Positions 1 to 7,493 of a stretch of 56,655 bases of DNA are shown here, in pieces. How positions within the stretch are numbered: the first letter of the stretch is position 1; the number at the start of each line of letters is the position of its first letter. The notes beneath the pieces were generated by a model that was given only the letters and a program-made list of their open reading frames with translations, did not search any database and was not told where the DNA came from. A program made the position numbers and the translations under genes. The DNA is from an uncultured Candidatus Saccharibacteria bacterium (lineage in GTDB: Bacteria > Patescibacteriota > Saccharimonadia > UBA4664 > CAYXHD01), in assembly GCA_964464915.1 (NCBI GenBank), contig CAYXHD010000001.1, forward strand, positions 1 through 56,655, given 5' to 3'.

Positions 1-486
1 CGCGCTGTTGGCGCACTTATGACCCTGAGTACCCTGTTGTGTACACTAACCCGTATAACGCTAAATATCACATCATGCACCATACGCGGGTGATTATGAT
101 GTCACAGAACGAACAGCCGGACGAATTAGCGCGTGGTTTGGGCTTTTGTGCAACCTCACGGGCTTTTGAGATGGCACGGTATATCTACGACATGCAGACT
201 TACAAACGCGAGAAGGTATCCGGTTCAAGTCCTGAAATCGGCATTTTAAATGGTATGTCCTTACCGCACTTCTTGAAAGGTCTAACCGACTCAGGGCAGG
301 CTAACCTTAATCAGGGCTTCATTAAGTTTAAAAACACGGCGATTATCGGGCCTCCCGGTCATGGACCAAACCAACCGACCGCTAGCCTTGACTTAGTAGG
401 CTTAAAGTCAGTGCCGGATGGATTCGACTTTAAGGACGAATTGACCGTTAGCATGTATCTACTGGCTGCTGCGTTTGGGGTGGATG
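1..486. repeat. diverged terminal overlap with 56170..56655 (circular junction)
   Basis: Collinear with the window's last 486 nt. The first 55 nt are identical, then about 55 substitutions by hand count, all synonymous. Confidence 0.9.
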
Positions 487-1619
487 TACGTGAATACTTC
501 CCGCTACAATCCGGCGGGGCAACTAAGGCCGATGCCACGATACAACATGCTAAGTCGAGTGGTAAAGGTCGGGCCGATGTCATGATGATTATTGAAGACG
601 CCATTAACTACCGCGTCTTACCAGACTTCGTAACGTTTGCTTATGATGTCAAGGATGATGAGGAGGATAAGTTACGCGCTGAAAATAAGAGTATGCGGGT
701 ATCGGCACGGGCAACCCAGATTAGGAGCGGTGAGTTGACGGTACAAGAAGCGCGTACAATGGCGGCTGAGGAGGGTGACATTGACCCGGCATTTTTGGAA
801 ACACAGACCGTCGCCAACGATACACAAGCCCCGGTAGACAATCCCACCCCAACAAGTGAGGCCGATGATGAGGCAGAACCGCCGCCGGAAGTTATCGAAA
901 CAACCGATGAGGATGAGGGCGAAAAATCAGACTCCCCAAAAGCATTAAGCGTAGCTGAAAAAGCGATAGGTGGTACTCGCGCCTTTTTTGCTACGCAGAT
1001 GGGTACACTCATCAATAACGCCCAGCCTTTCGATGGGAGCCTGAGGTTAGGTGAGTTTAGCGGTAGTTTGCGTGGTCTGATTACCAACGGCGCAATACAG
1101 GCGTTAATTGATGGTCTGCGTGAGGGCGGTAGTAATCTACGCATCAATGAATTACCCCTTGATTTAACCCGCCAACTCAATGACCACATTAGCCAACAAT
1201 GGAGTTATGCCAATAACTTTGCGAATGAGGTGTACGGCGGCGCGTTGACGATTGATACCGCCCTTGCCCGTGTGCCGTTATGGGTATCTAAGGCGATTGA
1301 TGAGATGTATTTTGCGGGGTTACTCGCGGCGGATGACACTAAAAAAATGAAGTGGGTTTATGGGCCAACTGAGCATTGTGAGGATTGCCTAGAACTCAAC
1401 GGCAAGGTGTACACCGCTAAACAATGGCGTGACGCAAAAATACAGCCCCGCATGAACGAGTTAGCCTGTGGTGGGTATCATTGCCAGTGTACGTTAGAGG
1501 AAACGAATGACCCATTAAGCCCCGGTGAACCAACCTTAGTGAGTGGCGGGGTGGGTAATCTGAGTAGTATTTTGCGGCCTAAACGCAAAAAGGAACATGT
1601 TCATGGCTCAAGCAACTGA
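1..1619 (+). CDS. portal protein, 3' portion (gene starts at 55665 and continues across the circular junction), with C-terminal Mu F / SPP1 gp7-like head-morphogenesis domain
   Basis: Frame is open from nt 1 (codons phased on nt 3) and encodes the same peptide as 56170..56655. Lies downstream of terL. Acidic linker, then WVYGPTEHCEDC...GGYHCQCT, a Mu F-type motif. Confidence 0.8.
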   Translation, partial: RCWRTYDPEYPVVYTNPYNAKYHIMHHTRVIMMSQNEQPDELARGLGFCATSRAFEMARYIYDMQTYKREKVSGSSPEIGILNGMSLPHFLKGLTDSGQANLNQGFIKFKNTAIIGPPGHGPNQPTASLDLVGLKSVPDGFDFKDELTVSMYLLAAAFGVDVREYFPLQSGGATKADATIQHAKSSGKGRADVMMIIEDAINYRVLPDFVTFAYDVKDDEEDKLRAENKSMRVSARATQIRSGELTVQEARTMAAEEGDIDPAFLETQTVANDTQAPVDNPTPTSEADDEAEPPPEVIETTDEDEGEKSDSPKALSVAEKAIGGTRAFFATQMGTLINNAQPFDGSLRLGEFSGSLRGLITNGAIQALIDGLREGGSNLRINELPLDLTRQLNDHISQQWSYANNFANEVYGGALTIDTALARVPLWVSKAIDEMYFAGLLAADDTKKMKWVYGPTEHCEDCLELNGKVYTAKQWRDAKIQPRMNELACGGYHCQCTLEETNDPLSPGEPTLVSGGVGNLSSILRPKRKKEHVHGSSN

Positions 1620-1980
1620 GATAGATTTAACCAATGCACGCGCCATTGAACAGGGCGCAACGTATGACGAACTTACCCTGACATGGTCGGATGCGTTAGG
1701 TGTACCTATCAACATCACGGGGTATACAGTGGAAATGGATATTAAAACCAACGCCGCCTCAACAACCCCGCTGGCAACCCTGAGTAGCACGACGGGCGAT
1801 TTTAACATCGTCGGGGCAAGTGGTGAAATACAATTTACTTTTACATCCGATGTGACCGCCGCATTTACTTTTACACGCGCGGTCTATGACTTGTTTTTAA
1901 TCGCCGGTGGCGGAGGTGAACCTGCCCGGCGTATCGCTTATGGTCAAGTGCGCGTTATACCGCGTATCACAACTTTCTAA
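1603..1980 (+). CDS. hypothetical virion-module protein (125 aa)
   Basis: ORF 1597..1980. The ATG at 1603 has AGGA 8 nt upstream. Overlaps the portal stop. Beta-rich, no motif recognised. Confidence 0.5.
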   Translation: MAQATEIDLTNARAIEQGATYDELTLTWSDALGVPINITGYTVEMDIKTNAASTTPLATLSSTTGDFNIVGASGEIQFTFTSDVTAAFTFTRAVYDLFLIAGGGGEPARRIAYGQVRVIPRITTF

Positions 1981-1992
1981 GGAGTTTAAACA

Positions 1993-2451
1993 ATGGCAGG
2001 CTGGACTAATCGCGGGAAATACCTACTTTTACAAGAGTTTTTCCGCAATCCGACTGAATTTACCAACTTATACATCGCGCTATGTACAAGCGCCACTGCA
2101 CCTACCGCCGACACCAACACCTTTTCAGAATTAACCGAGATTACAGCGGGTAACGGATACACCGCTGGGGGGATTGCCCTCACCCGCAACGGCACTGACT
2201 TCGATGTGTTGACTGAGGACGACGCAACCGACCGCGCTTATGTCCAATTACGTGATATTGTGTGGACTGCCAGCGGGGGTAACTTGCCATCGGCAGGGAG
2301 CGGCGCACGGTACGCCGCGTTAACTGACGATAACGTTACGCAGGGGAGTCGGCAAGTAATAGCATGGTGGGATTTAACCAGCGATAGAACGGTATCCACC
2401 GGGCAAACGTTGACCTTGCAAAACGCCGAGTTGCGCCTAAATGAAAGCTAA
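1993..2451 (+). CDS. hypothetical virion-module protein (152 aa)
   Basis: AGGAG 7 nt upstream of the ATG. Tightly packed in the late operon. Confidence 0.6.
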   Translation: MAGWTNRGKYLLLQEFFRNPTEFTNLYIALCTSATAPTADTNTFSELTEITAGNGYTAGGIALTRNGTDFDVLTEDDATDRAYVQLRDIVWTASGGNLPSAGSGARYAALTDDNVTQGSRQVIAWWDLTSDRTVSTGQTLTLQNAELRLNES

Positions 2452-2458
2452 GTGATGC

Positions 2459-3280
2459 ATGGCTGGCTTTTCATCGTATGACGACTTGATCAATGAGATG
2501 ACCACCAACGGCAAACGCCTCGAATGGTGGTTTGCTAAAACATCGACCGCTACCGAGGCCGCTGGTGCATGGCATAGTCTATGGACGGCGGCAGGCAACC
2601 CCGGCGTCGGAGCAACCCCCGCGACCACGCCCGGTACAAGTTATACCGATACCGCTGGCACGATGAATTGGGCCAATCAAAGCCCCGATTTTAAACACAT
2701 TGTATCAGTCACCGCCACTGCTACGGTCAACTGTAGCTTGATGATTTATGATCGTTTGGTGGCGGTATCGGGGTTGTCGGTTGCCAGCACGGGCAATCGC
2801 ACGGTGAGCAGCACGACCCTACCACGTTACACCGCCGCGAACAGTGGGGTGCAAGCATGGTTAGAAGTGACCACTGCTACTACCGTGACCACACCCGTCG
2901 TCAGTTTGAACAGCTATACCAATGATGAAAGTACCCCTGTTGGCAGTCGGGCAGGTGGTAATATCAGTTTTCCCGCCGCCGCTACCAACATTGATGCACT
3001 AGTCGGGCCTTTCCCCCTGCAATCCGGGGACAAGGGGGTAAGCGCGGTAAGTACCTTTAACGTCGGCACGGCGGGGAGTGCTGGCGTGGTGAACTTGGTA
3101 CTGCTCAAGCCGCTGGTGTTTATCCCACTCATCGCCAACATTGCGAATCATATTGACTTCGTGTTGCAATTGGCATCGCTCCCCCGCGTGTATGACGGGG
3201 CAAGTTTGGGTATTGCGCTACAAGCAACCAGCAACACCGCTGTGACAGTATTCGGCAATATCACCTTAGCATACGGATAA
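2459..3280 (+). CDS. hypothetical structural-module protein, tandem paralog A (273 aa)
   Basis: Shares MAGF-S--DL, TNGK, KTS--EAAG--HSLWTAAG-P, TTLPRYT, FPAAATN and PR-YDGASL blocks with the next ORF. Confidence 0.6.
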   Translation: MAGFSSYDDLINEMTTNGKRLEWWFAKTSTATEAAGAWHSLWTAAGNPGVGATPATTPGTSYTDTAGTMNWANQSPDFKHIVSVTATATVNCSLMIYDRLVAVSGLSVASTGNRTVSSTTLPRYTAANSGVQAWLEVTTATTVTTPVVSLNSYTNDESTPVGSRAGGNISFPAAATNIDALVGPFPLQSGDKGVSAVSTFNVGTAGSAGVVNLVLLKPLVFIPLIANIANHIDFVLQLASLPRVYDGASLGIALQATSNTAVTVFGNITLAYG

Positions 3281-3285
3281 ACACG

Positions 3286-4098
3286 ATGGCTGGTTTTGCA
3301 TCGCTGGCGGATTTACGAACCGAAGCCTTTACCAATGGCAAGGTGTTTCGCTACGACTTCACCAAAACCAGTAGCGCACCTGAGGCCGCTGGCGTGCTGC
3401 ATTCGTTGTGGACGGCAGCAGGCGCACCAGCGGCAGGGAGCAACCCATCGGGCTTTCCCGGCGCGGCCTGTACCAACTTGGCGGGATCAATTAACTTTCC
3501 CGATACCAGTCCCGACCTCAAATACTTAGCGACCATCACGGTTACGTCAACGCTGGATTGCGGTTTGTTATTGTTAGACCGCTTGAGTCATGCGTCAGGC
3601 TGGAATCTAACCAACGGCGGGGCGCAAGCGGTTTCGACCACCGCCTTACCGCGTTATACCGATGGGGTAGGCGTCCAGTGTTATTGTGAAGTAACCACTG
3701 TCACCGCTACCAACGCGGTAGTAGCTCGGATGTCCAGTTATACCGATGACGGTAATAACACCGGGCAAAATGGCGTGAATCGTACTTTTCCCGCCGCCGC
3801 TACGAACGCGGGCTGTTTCATCGGGCCAATGAATCTAAACAGCGGGGATAGTGGTGTAAGGGCGGTTGCTGAAATTACCCAAGACACCGCCGCAAGCGCC
3901 GGGGCGGGTAACTTAGTGCTTGCCAAACCGATTGCCTTCATGGGCTTACGGGCTAACCAGAGCCGATGCCTTAACTTTTTTATTGAATCGGCAACCATGC
4001 CGCGTATCTATGACGGCGCAAGTTTGATGTTTGCTATCTGGCCCACTGGTACAAGCGCCGTCACGATTAGCGGACGCATCGAGGTAGTGTACGGATGA
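3286..4098 (+). CDS. hypothetical structural-module protein, tandem paralog B (270 aa)
   Basis: Collinear paralog of 2459..3280. Carries palindrome copy 3741. Confidence 0.6.
   Translation: MAGFASLADLRTEAFTNGKVFRYDFTKTSSAPEAAGVLHSLWTAAGAPAAGSNPSGFPGAACTNLAGSINFPDTSPDLKYLATITVTSTLDCGLLLLDRLSHASGWNLTNGGAQAVSTTALPRYTDGVGVQCYCEVTTVTATNAVVARMSSYTDDGNNTGQNGVNRTFPAAATNAGCFIGPMNLNSGDSGVRAVAEITQDTAASAGAGNLVLAKPIAFMGLRANQSRCLNFFIESATMPRIYDGASLMFAIWPTGTSAVTISGRIEVVYG
3741..3755. repeat. palindrome family copy (core TACCG-N4-CGGTA)
   Basis: TACCGATGACGGTAA, in frame as Y-T-D-D-G-N in 3286..4098. Confidence 0.6.
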
Positions 4099-5537
4099 GC
4101 AGTAACTTTAGTTATGGCAAAAATGCACAGGGCAATTTAGGCACTGGATATTTTCGCCTACTCAAGTTTAGCCCGGTGTGGCCTGATGTTGATACGTGGG
4201 AACGTGAGGCGGCGGATGTAGCGCCCTTTCCGTTTAGTTTATCATCGGTTGCCATCACACCGGACGCGGTGAGTGCGGTTGCGGCGTCAGTTGACCCAAC
4301 AGTTAGTATAGACGCGGGTAGTATTGTCATTACGCCAACCTCAGCGAGTGCGGTTGCGGTAAGTGTTAACCCGACTGTTGAGTTAAGTAGTGTCATCATT
4401 ACACCCAACGCCCTGAGCGTTATTGTGACGGGTGTTGACCCAACTACGTTATTGGGCAGTATCAGTATCACCCCATCGGTATTAACGGCACGCATCGAAA
4501 CAATCAACCCCACTATTGAACTCAGTAGCCTCAGCATTACGCCTAACGTGGTTAGTGGTATTGTCGCTAGCGTTGACCCGGTGGTTATCTTAGCTAGTTT
4601 GACTCTTGCGCCTGCCATCAATACCGCCATAGCGACGGCGGTTGACCCCGTGCTTGTGTTGGGTAGTTTGACCATCACACCCGATAGCGCCATTGTTATC
4701 CCATCTAGCGTAGCGCCTGATGTTGGATTAAGTGCGTTAAGCATCACGCCTGATAGTCTCAGTGTAGTAGCGGTCGCAAACGCGCCAACGGTTGAATTAG
4801 GCAGTTTAGCACTCATCCCCTCGCCTGCTGAGGCCATCGGGGATAGTGCAATTGAAGTGTTAACCGGGGGAAACGTAACGGTTACACCTACCCCGATAAC
4901 GCTGGTGTGTGCCGTCAACAATCCGAGTGTGATACTGGGTAGTTTAAGCCTAAGCCTTAACGCGGTTGCGGCGGTTGCATTGACCCTATCCCCAACCGTG
5001 ATACAGGGTAGCGTAGTCATTACGCCGTCAAGCGGTCAAGCGTTTGCCAGTACAGTTAATCCGAGTGTCGGGTTATCGAGTCTCATTATTACGCCTAACG
5101 CGGTGCAGGCCATCGCAGATGCGTTATTCGGTGGTGTCAATTTAGGCTCATTGGTACTCACTCCGCAACCCGGCTCAGGGGTAGTGAGTAGTCTACTGGG
5201 TAACGTGTTATTCGGTAGTGTCATCATCACACCTAACGCCGTAAGTGGAGTAGTGACTAGCCTCATCGGGCAGGTGATGCTGGTTACGCCGGATGGCTTT
5301 TTATCGGTTGCGGTCACGTTAGCGGGTGTCACAGGCATAAGTGTAAATCGTCGCAATACCAGCGTTAATCAATCCACTACCCAAACCAGTGCAACTATGA
5401 CCTCAACTCAAGTAACAACTCGCGACAATGGGCATAGTTTAGCTGATGAATGGTTAGACTATGGTACTATGAGTGATGAAACACGCCATCGAGTCACGTT
5501 TGTATTTGAGGATGCGGGTGAGGTGCAACATGGCTAA
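4095..5537 (+). CDS. repeat-rich fibre-like protein (480 aa)
   Basis: ATGA overlap with the upstream gene. 15 tandem 23-aa repeats, S-[LV]-x-I-T-P-x11-P-x-V-x-L-[GS]. Ser/Thr-rich C-terminal segment. Confidence 0.7.
   Translation: MSSNFSYGKNAQGNLGTGYFRLLKFSPVWPDVDTWEREAADVAPFPFSLSSVAITPDAVSAVAASVDPTVSIDAGSIVITPTSASAVAVSVNPTVELSSVIITPNALSVIVTGVDPTTLLGSISITPSVLTARIETINPTIELSSLSITPNVVSGIVASVDPVVILASLTLAPAINTAIATAVDPVLVLGSLTITPDSAIVIPSSVAPDVGLSALSITPDSLSVVAVANAPTVELGSLALIPSPAEAIGDSAIEVLTGGNVTVTPTPITLVCAVNNPSVILGSLSLSLNAVAAVALTLSPTVIQGSVVITPSSGQAFASTVNPSVGLSSLIITPNAVQAIADALFGGVNLGSLVLTPQPGSGVVSSLLGNVLFGSVIITPNAVSGVVTSLIGQVMLVTPDGFLSVAVTLAGVTGISVNRRNTSVNQSTTQTSATMTSTQVTTRDNGHSLADEWLDYGTMSDETRHRVTFVFEDAGEVQHG
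4245..5285 (+). repeat. about 15 tandem degenerate 69-nt (23-codon) repeats inside CDS 4095..5537
   Basis: Periodicity read from the translated protein. Coding, with no spacer structure. Confidence 0.8.
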
Positions 5538-6015
5538 AAGTCTAGTGGAGATTAAACCCATCATCCCCAAGAAATACAAAGAACTCGACTTGACGGCTAT
5601 CACGCGGCGCATTGTAGCTGAGGAGGCGGTTGAGGTTCGCACGGATTACGAAAAAACCATCAAAACATGGAAACATAAACCTATTTTTGTGATTCAATGG
5701 AACAAAGATAGAACAAGTGCGACGGTTGGAACCGATAGTAAAATCTACGAGTGGACTGATGAGGGTACTAAGCCGCATATTATCCGACCTAAGGGTAATT
5801 ACCCGCTACGTTTTAACGTGCCATTTAAGGCTAAAACTCGCGTGATGAGTATCAATAGTTTTAGCGGTAGTAAAGGTACAAAATCCGTAGCGGCGCGGAT
5901 TGTCCGACATCCGGGAAGTAAAGCAAGAAAATTTACGCCCGTAATATTACGGGCGCATCGTAGAATGTTCGCAAGGCGCTTACAGCAAGAAATAACAAGA
6001 ATGTCAAACAAGTGA
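5530..6015 (+). CDS. putative virion morphogenesis / head-tail joining protein (HK97 gp10-like motif)
   Basis: Start MAKSLVEIKP at 5530 overlaps the upstream stop (ATGGCTAA). Motif Y-x-W-T-D-E-G-T-K-P-H-I-I-R-P-K...L-R-F. Confidence 0.5.
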   Translation: MAKSLVEIKPIIPKKYKELDLTAITRRIVAEEAVEVRTDYEKTIKTWKHKPIFVIQWNKDRTSATVGTDSKIYEWTDEGTKPHIIRPKGNYPLRFNVPFKAKTRVMSINSFSGSKGTKSVAARIVRHPGSKARKFTPVILRAHRRMFARRLQQEITRMSNK

Positions 6016-6507
6016 TCCGTCTTTATTTCGCCACGCCTCCCCATTGATAATCCGCCCAACTTGTGTTTGGCTAATGCCGTATTCTTTTACGATCATTCGA
6101 TAGGTCATTTCTCCATTAGCATAGCGTTGGCGCATTTCGTGTACTTGCTCATTTGTCAATTTATGAGTTACAACTTGTTCGCCTCTTAATCCCGGCACGA
6201 CAAATCGCCCCTTTCTTGACATATCTTGGCTATTGTCTTTGGGTGTCCCTAAAAATAGATGCTTCGGATTACAGCAGGGTGGATTATCGCAATGGTGACA
6301 GACTTGTAAGCCGTCATTGATGTGACCGTAAACTATCAGCCACGTGGCACGACTAGCGTTCATTTGTTTTCCTCCCATTCTGAATGCCCCATACCCCTTA
6401 TTTGCTTTGCCACCTATCCACTTCCAGCACGCATCATCACCACCTGACTTATCAACCTTTGCCCAAAAGCGTTGAATGTCTTTATCTGTGGGTATATAAT
6501 GAGACAT
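6004..6507 (-). CDS. HNH homing endonuclease (167 aa)
   Basis: GGAGG 5 nt upstream of the ATG at 6507. Motif VCHHCDNPPCCNPKHLFLGTPKDN. C-terminal HTH-like tail. Opposite strand inside the late operon. Confidence 0.85.
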   Translation of the reverse strand: MSHYIPTDKDIQRFWAKVDKSGGDDACWKWIGGKANKGYGAFRMGGKQMNASRATWLIVYGHINDGLQVCHHCDNPPCCNPKHLFLGTPKDNSQDMSRKGRFVVPGLRGEQVVTHKLTNEQVHEMRQRYANGEMTYRMIVKEYGISQTQVGRIINGEAWRNKDGSLV

Positions 6508-6531
6508 GTAGACCTCCATAAGTCTAACTAG

Positions 6532-6555
6532 CCCGTGTATCCGCACGGGTTTTTG
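6532..6555 (+). terminator. intrinsic-terminator-like hairpin
   Basis: CCCGTG-tatccg-CACGGG followed by TTTTTGATTT. Confidence 0.45.
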
Positions 6556-6582
6556 ATTTATCAATATCTATGCTATTATAAT
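6553..6582 (+). promoter_or_regulatory. sigma70-like promoter
   Basis: TTGATT-18-TATAAT, upstream of 6655. Confidence 0.4.
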
Positions 6583-6599
6583 ACAAAAACAATGAATTT

Positions 6600-6662
6600 A
6601 AAAGAGCGTTTGCTAAACGAATGCAACAAGAGATTACAAGGATGAGTAAACAAAGTGGCTAA
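6600..6662 (+). repeat. orphaned duplicate of the 3' end of gene 5530..6015
   Basis: Encodes KRAFAKRMQQEITRMSKQSG* against RMFARRLQQEITRMSNK* at 5962..6015. Its stop overlaps the GTG start of 6655 (GTGGCTAA). Confidence 0.75.
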
Positions 6663-7137
6663 ATATTCCAATCCCGCTGGGCAGTGGCTAGTGGTGTGTG
6701 TGTGTTTGCTGGTGTTAGGCTTAGGTGTCGGTTATGGATATGGGCATCAGGCCATTACCGATGACGGTAAAGTAATTACACCTGCACCGCTACGCACTGA
6801 GGAATTACCCGTTAATTTTGTGATACGACCGATACCCGCCTATGTCTATGAGTATCTCGGCAATGCCTACGCCGCACGGGATAAAAATGTCATCATCTTG
6901 GTAGCGACATGGGATGATTGGTGTTACGGTGTGGTGTGTGAACAGTGGGTGATTAAGCCTCATTTTACTCACCCGCCGCTTATGCTTAGGTGTTATCCTG
7001 ACTTTGATAATCAGTGCGCACCAACCTATGAGGCGGAGTACATTGTACCGCCGCCGGGTCAAGCGCCAACACCTACCGAGTACGCACCGCCTACACAGAT
7101 TGCGCCGGGTGATGGAATAGGTCAACCAGAATCATAA
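6655..7137 (+). CDS. membrane-anchored protein (160 aa)
   Basis: GTG start. N-terminal hydrophobic helix WLVVCVCLLVLGLGVGYGYG. Pro-rich C-terminus. Carries palindrome copy 6755. Confidence 0.55.
   Translation: MAKYSNPAGQWLVVCVCLLVLGLGVGYGYGHQAITDDGKVITPAPLRTEELPVNFVIRPIPAYVYEYLGNAYAARDKNVIILVATWDDWCYGVVCEQWVIKPHFTHPPLMLRCYPDFDNQCAPTYEAEYIVPPPGQAPTPTEYAPPTQIAPGDGIGQPES
6755..6771. repeat. palindrome family copy
   Basis: TTACCGATGACGGTAAA, as I-T-D-D-G-K just after the TM helix of 6655..7137. Confidence 0.75.
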
Positions 7138-7308
7138 AAATGAGGTATACTATATCTATAAAATGATTCGCGATAAAGCCAATTATCACCGGGTAATGCC
7201 GATAACTTTTTAGAGCAACGATTCTCATAAGTGATAATGGCTTATCCATGCGGCAAAAATCCATTACGCCGTGATAATCATTTATTAGCGCGAATAAAAA
7301 GTAATCAT

Positions 7309-7389
7309 CCGGTTGTGGCGAAATGGCAAACGTAGCACTCTTAAACAGTGCGGTGGAAACACTTGGAGGTTCGACTCCTCCCAACTGGA
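7309..7389 (+). tRNA. trnL(UAA): tRNA-Leu (anticodon UAA), class II with long variable arm
   Basis: Hand-folded. Acceptor CCGGTTG/CAACTGG (one G-T pair). Anticodon stem GCACT/AGTGC with loop CTTAAAC. Variable arm GTG-gaaa-CAC. T arm GGAGG-TTCGACT-CCTCC. CCA not encoded. Confidence 0.8.
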
Positions 7390-7435
7390 CAATCCTCAAG
7401 TTTTAATCCTCTCAGTATAAAAATCACTCCAATAG

Positions 7436-7470
7436 TTGACAATTCATTAAATTACATCTATCGTTATAAT
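7436..7470 (+). promoter_or_regulatory. sigma70-like promoter upstream of the head genes
   Basis: TTGACA-17-TATCGT, with a TATAAT hexamer starting at the last T of TATCGT. Confidence 0.45.
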
Positions 7471-7493
7471 AATGATGATGGAATAAAGGTAAC

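Larger units (their letters stand above)
6004..6599 (-). mobile_element. HNH homing-endonuclease cassette inserted at the 3' end of gene 5530..6015
   Basis: Flanked by two diverged copies of the same gene 3' end (5962..6015 and 6600..6662). Confidence 0.65.

Noticed and set aside
1-486. Direct terminal repeat of the virion chromosome
   Set aside because: The two copies differ at about 11% of positions and lie inside the portal ORF. Genuine DTRs are identical, so a junction between strain variants is more likely.
4112-5020. 302-aa ORF on the minus strand
   Set aside because: It is antisense to the 23-aa repeat protein. It stays open because of the repeat periodicity, has low-complexity composition, and has no RBS or operon context.
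4245-5285. CRISPR-like periodic array (69-nt period)
   Set aside because: The units are contiguous, degenerate and in-frame coding repeats. There is no repeat/spacer alternation.
7091-7399. 102-aa minus-strand ORF
   Set aside because: It covers the tRNA-Leu gene on the opposite strand and an AT-rich spacer.
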